From the IMG/VR virus record IMGVR_UViG_3300045988_026359, positions 1 through 6,214 of that record: DNA of 6,214 bases; one strand, written 5' to 3'. The translations under genes were made by a program, and so were the position numbers. This stretch comes from a virus. Below are positions 4,730-6,214 of this stretch, one piece after another. Every line of letters starts with the position of its first letter. Position 1 is the first letter of the stretch. The notes under the pieces were generated by a model. That model did no database searches. It was not told the DNA's origin and saw only the letters and a program-made list of their open reading frames with translations.

Positions 4730-6214
4730 TTAATAAGGTAAACCATTTCTATCCAAGTTCTGAACAGCATAAACCTGGAAATTAACATTACACAACAACT
4801 GGTCATAAGCAACGGAACAGTTCTGACCAGAAACCTGGGGATCAAAAATAGAGTTCAATTGCTGAGGACGAACTTTCATTGACCGATAAGACCAAGTACC
4901 AGAAGAAGTCAAAACATCCCAACCGTCAACAGGGGCAGACCAAGACTGATACGCCATACCAGGACGAAACGCAGCGTGAACAGTATCAATATTAGACTTC
5001 CATTGCCAGTACCGAAGATTATAACCAATAGAACCAGAAACGGAACGAGACGGGTTATTCTGTAAGTTCAAAGCAGGGACAGGCTGCATACCCAACTGAT
5101 CGAACGCAGGTTGGGGGAAATCAGTAATAGAAGTAACAGTCAACTGAGGATTTTGACCAGTCAAACTCCAGTCAACCATAGGAACAGCATGATATACACA
5201 CATAATCACTTGATGTTCAGCGCCACAATCATAAGTCAGCGTATGTCCAGACTGAGAACCAACGCCTTTACCAGCGATCACGGCTTGAGACCTGTCAGAC
5301 TCTAAGTTGGTATTCAAGACTTCATTGATATTGATCACATTAGACCAACCTCCAATATAATGAGCGTGATTTCCCATATATTCAGGAGCTTCAATTCCGA
5401 ATTGAGCCCGCATCTGATCCGAGTAATCCTTACTACTGAATTGAACTACCTCTTTCCAGCGCTGTAAGTATTCAGTTGCACGAATTGCAAGGGCAGAAAG
5501 ATCGGCAGAAACATAAGCAGAACGTGCAGAAGGAGAAGTACTATCAGACTGCACATTATTAGAATCAGCAAGATTTGAAAGACCTGAAGCCGGAGATTGA
5601 ATGTTTTCATCAGGGCTAAATACGACACGGTTAGAAACGAATGCACTAGAGTGAGAAGGCAAAACAGCTACACCACCGTACTGACTGCGCGGCAAAATAC
5701 CCATAAAGTAATCTTTCGGATAATTAGAATAACGAAGCTGAAGCATTTCGGGAGCGAGTAGCAATTGAGATTTACCGTCCCAATAATCTACATTATATGC
5801 ATAAGCCAGGTGCTTTTCCCATTGAGAGTCAGAGAAGAAATCATAGTAGATCTTCTGATAAGACAACAACGGAAGAAGATTCACAGTTTGACTAACAGAA
5901 TAAATCAAAGGATTCAACGTATCTTCAAGAGACTTAATCCCTAAATAAGATTCAGTAATAGTAGCTTTAGCAGTATTCGAAGACGCAAGGAAAGAACCAT
6001 ATCCAAGCATGTCTAATACCTTAGAGGCACCATAGACATAAGGGAGACCAGCATCATCAAAGACATCCTTATTACTAATCGACTGAAGACTCAGCGACAA
6101 CAAGTTCAACGTTGTATTCGGTACAGAAGTCAACATCTCGGTGTTAGCAGTGTTACTAACAGCAGACGTCATATAGTCCGTCATCTGAGTAAACGCCTGA
6201 GGAAGAGCGCGAGA
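4730..6214 (-). CDS. VP1: Major capsid protein VP1, C-terminal segment; the full protein is 577 aa (56..304 plus 4730..6214, stop TAA at 4730..4732)
   Basis: The frame is open from the window end down to 4730. The Met at 6184 used by the ORF track is internal (residue 94). Motifs shared by Microviridae F/VP1 proteins are present: LPLLSYQKIYYDFF, YPKDYFMGILP, LSALAIRATEYLQRWKE, RAQFGIEAPEYMGN..YIGG and AGKGVG. Confidence 0.95.
   Translation of the reverse strand, partial: SRALPQAFTQMTDYMTSAVSNTANTEMLTSVPNTTLNLLSLSLQSISNKDVFDDAGLPYVYGASKVLDMLGYGSFLASSNTAKATITESYLGIKSLEDTLNPLIYSVSQTVNLLPLLSYQKIYYDFFSDSQWEKHLAYAYNVDYWDGKSQLLLAPEMLQLRYSNYPKDYFMGILPRSQYGGVAVLPSHSSAFVSNRVVFSPDENIQSPASGLSNLADSNNVQSDSTSPSARSAYVSADLSALAIRATEYLQRWKEVVQFSSKDYSDQMRAQFGIEAPEYMGNHAHYIGGWSNVININEVLNTNLESDRSQAVIAGKGVGSQSGHTLTYDCGAEHQVIMCVYHAVPMVDWSLTGQNPQLTVTSITDFPQPAFDQLGMQPVPALNLQNNPSRSVSGSIGYNLRYWQWKSNIDTVHAAFRPGMAYQSWSAPVDGWDVLTSSGTWSYRSMKVRPQQLNSIFDPQVSGQNCSVAYDQLLCNVNFQVYAVQNLDRNGLPY
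6160..6214. repeat. Terminal direct repeat, copy 2; circular-genome closure overlap
   Basis: Exact 55-nt duplicate of 1..55. This gives a unit genome length of 6159 nt. An exact end overlap of fixed length is what a circular contig written out linearly looks like. Confidence 0.97.

Noticed and set aside
4720-4845. The N-terminal 42 codons of the 190-aa ORF 4273..4845
   Set aside because: Most of this extension overlaps the 3' end of VP1 out of frame and is hydrophobic filler. The ATG at 4717..4719, 10 nt after the VP1 stop, gives a compact 148-aa protein. The start at 4744..4746 remains a minor alternative.
437-5305. All plus-strand ORFs in the track (437..826, 1553..1744, 1901..2095, 2170..2481, 3473..3685, 4420..4785, 5111..5305)
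   Set aside because: Each is antisense to a well-supported minus-strand gene. None has a recognisable motif. Microviridae transcribe a single strand. The basic 103-aa ORF at 2170..2481 is simply the antisense of the peptidase gene.
4042-5646. Same-strand alternative-frame ORFs inside VP2 (4042..4260, 72 aa) and VP1 (5446..5646, 66 aa)
   Set aside because: They are short, Leu/Ile/Val-rich, +1-frame products with no motifs and no coupling to neighbouring genes. One such ORF per gene is consistent with chance, unlike the run of them in VP4.

Overview
The window is one complete, circularly permuted genome of a small ssDNA phage of the family Microviridae. It is not phiX174-like. It looks Alpavirinae- or Gokushovirinae-like, and I cannot assign the subfamily without a search. 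The sequence shown is the reverse complement of the coding strand. Nucleotides 1..55 are identical to 6160..6214, so the unit circle is 6159 nt and the window is cut inside the major capsid gene. All genes I can support lie on the minus strand and are tightly packed, with two ATGA stop/start overlaps. Going round the circle in coding direction they are: major capsid protein VP1 (304->1, continuing 6214->4730; 577 aa, of which the ORF track shows only the C-terminal 484); a 148-aa VP3-like protein (4719->4273); pilot/minor capsid protein VP2 (4276->3155); a 433-nt structured non-coding region (3154->2722); a 64-aa hypothetical ORF (2721->2527); a 27-aa transmembrane micro-ORF (2537->2454); a 101-aa M15-family zinc peptidase (2457->2152); and a 606-aa HUH replication initiator VP4 (2146->326). 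The most interesting part is the accessory block at 2152..2721. It holds a signal-less M15 cell-wall peptidase that is start/stop-coupled to a small hydrophobic ORF. In an alternative reading, a 74-aa two-helix holin-like frame is overprinted on the 64-aa ORF. Together these would form a holin/endolysin-type lysis cassette in a phage family not known to use one, but this is a hypothesis only. Other points worth checking are the very long VP4 with a large insertion between HUH motifs I and II, an unusually open +1 frame inside VP4, and the hairpin-rich intergenic region with a terminator-like element and a weak Bacteroidota-type promoter candidate. No tRNA, rRNA, CRISPR array, transposase or integrase is visible.
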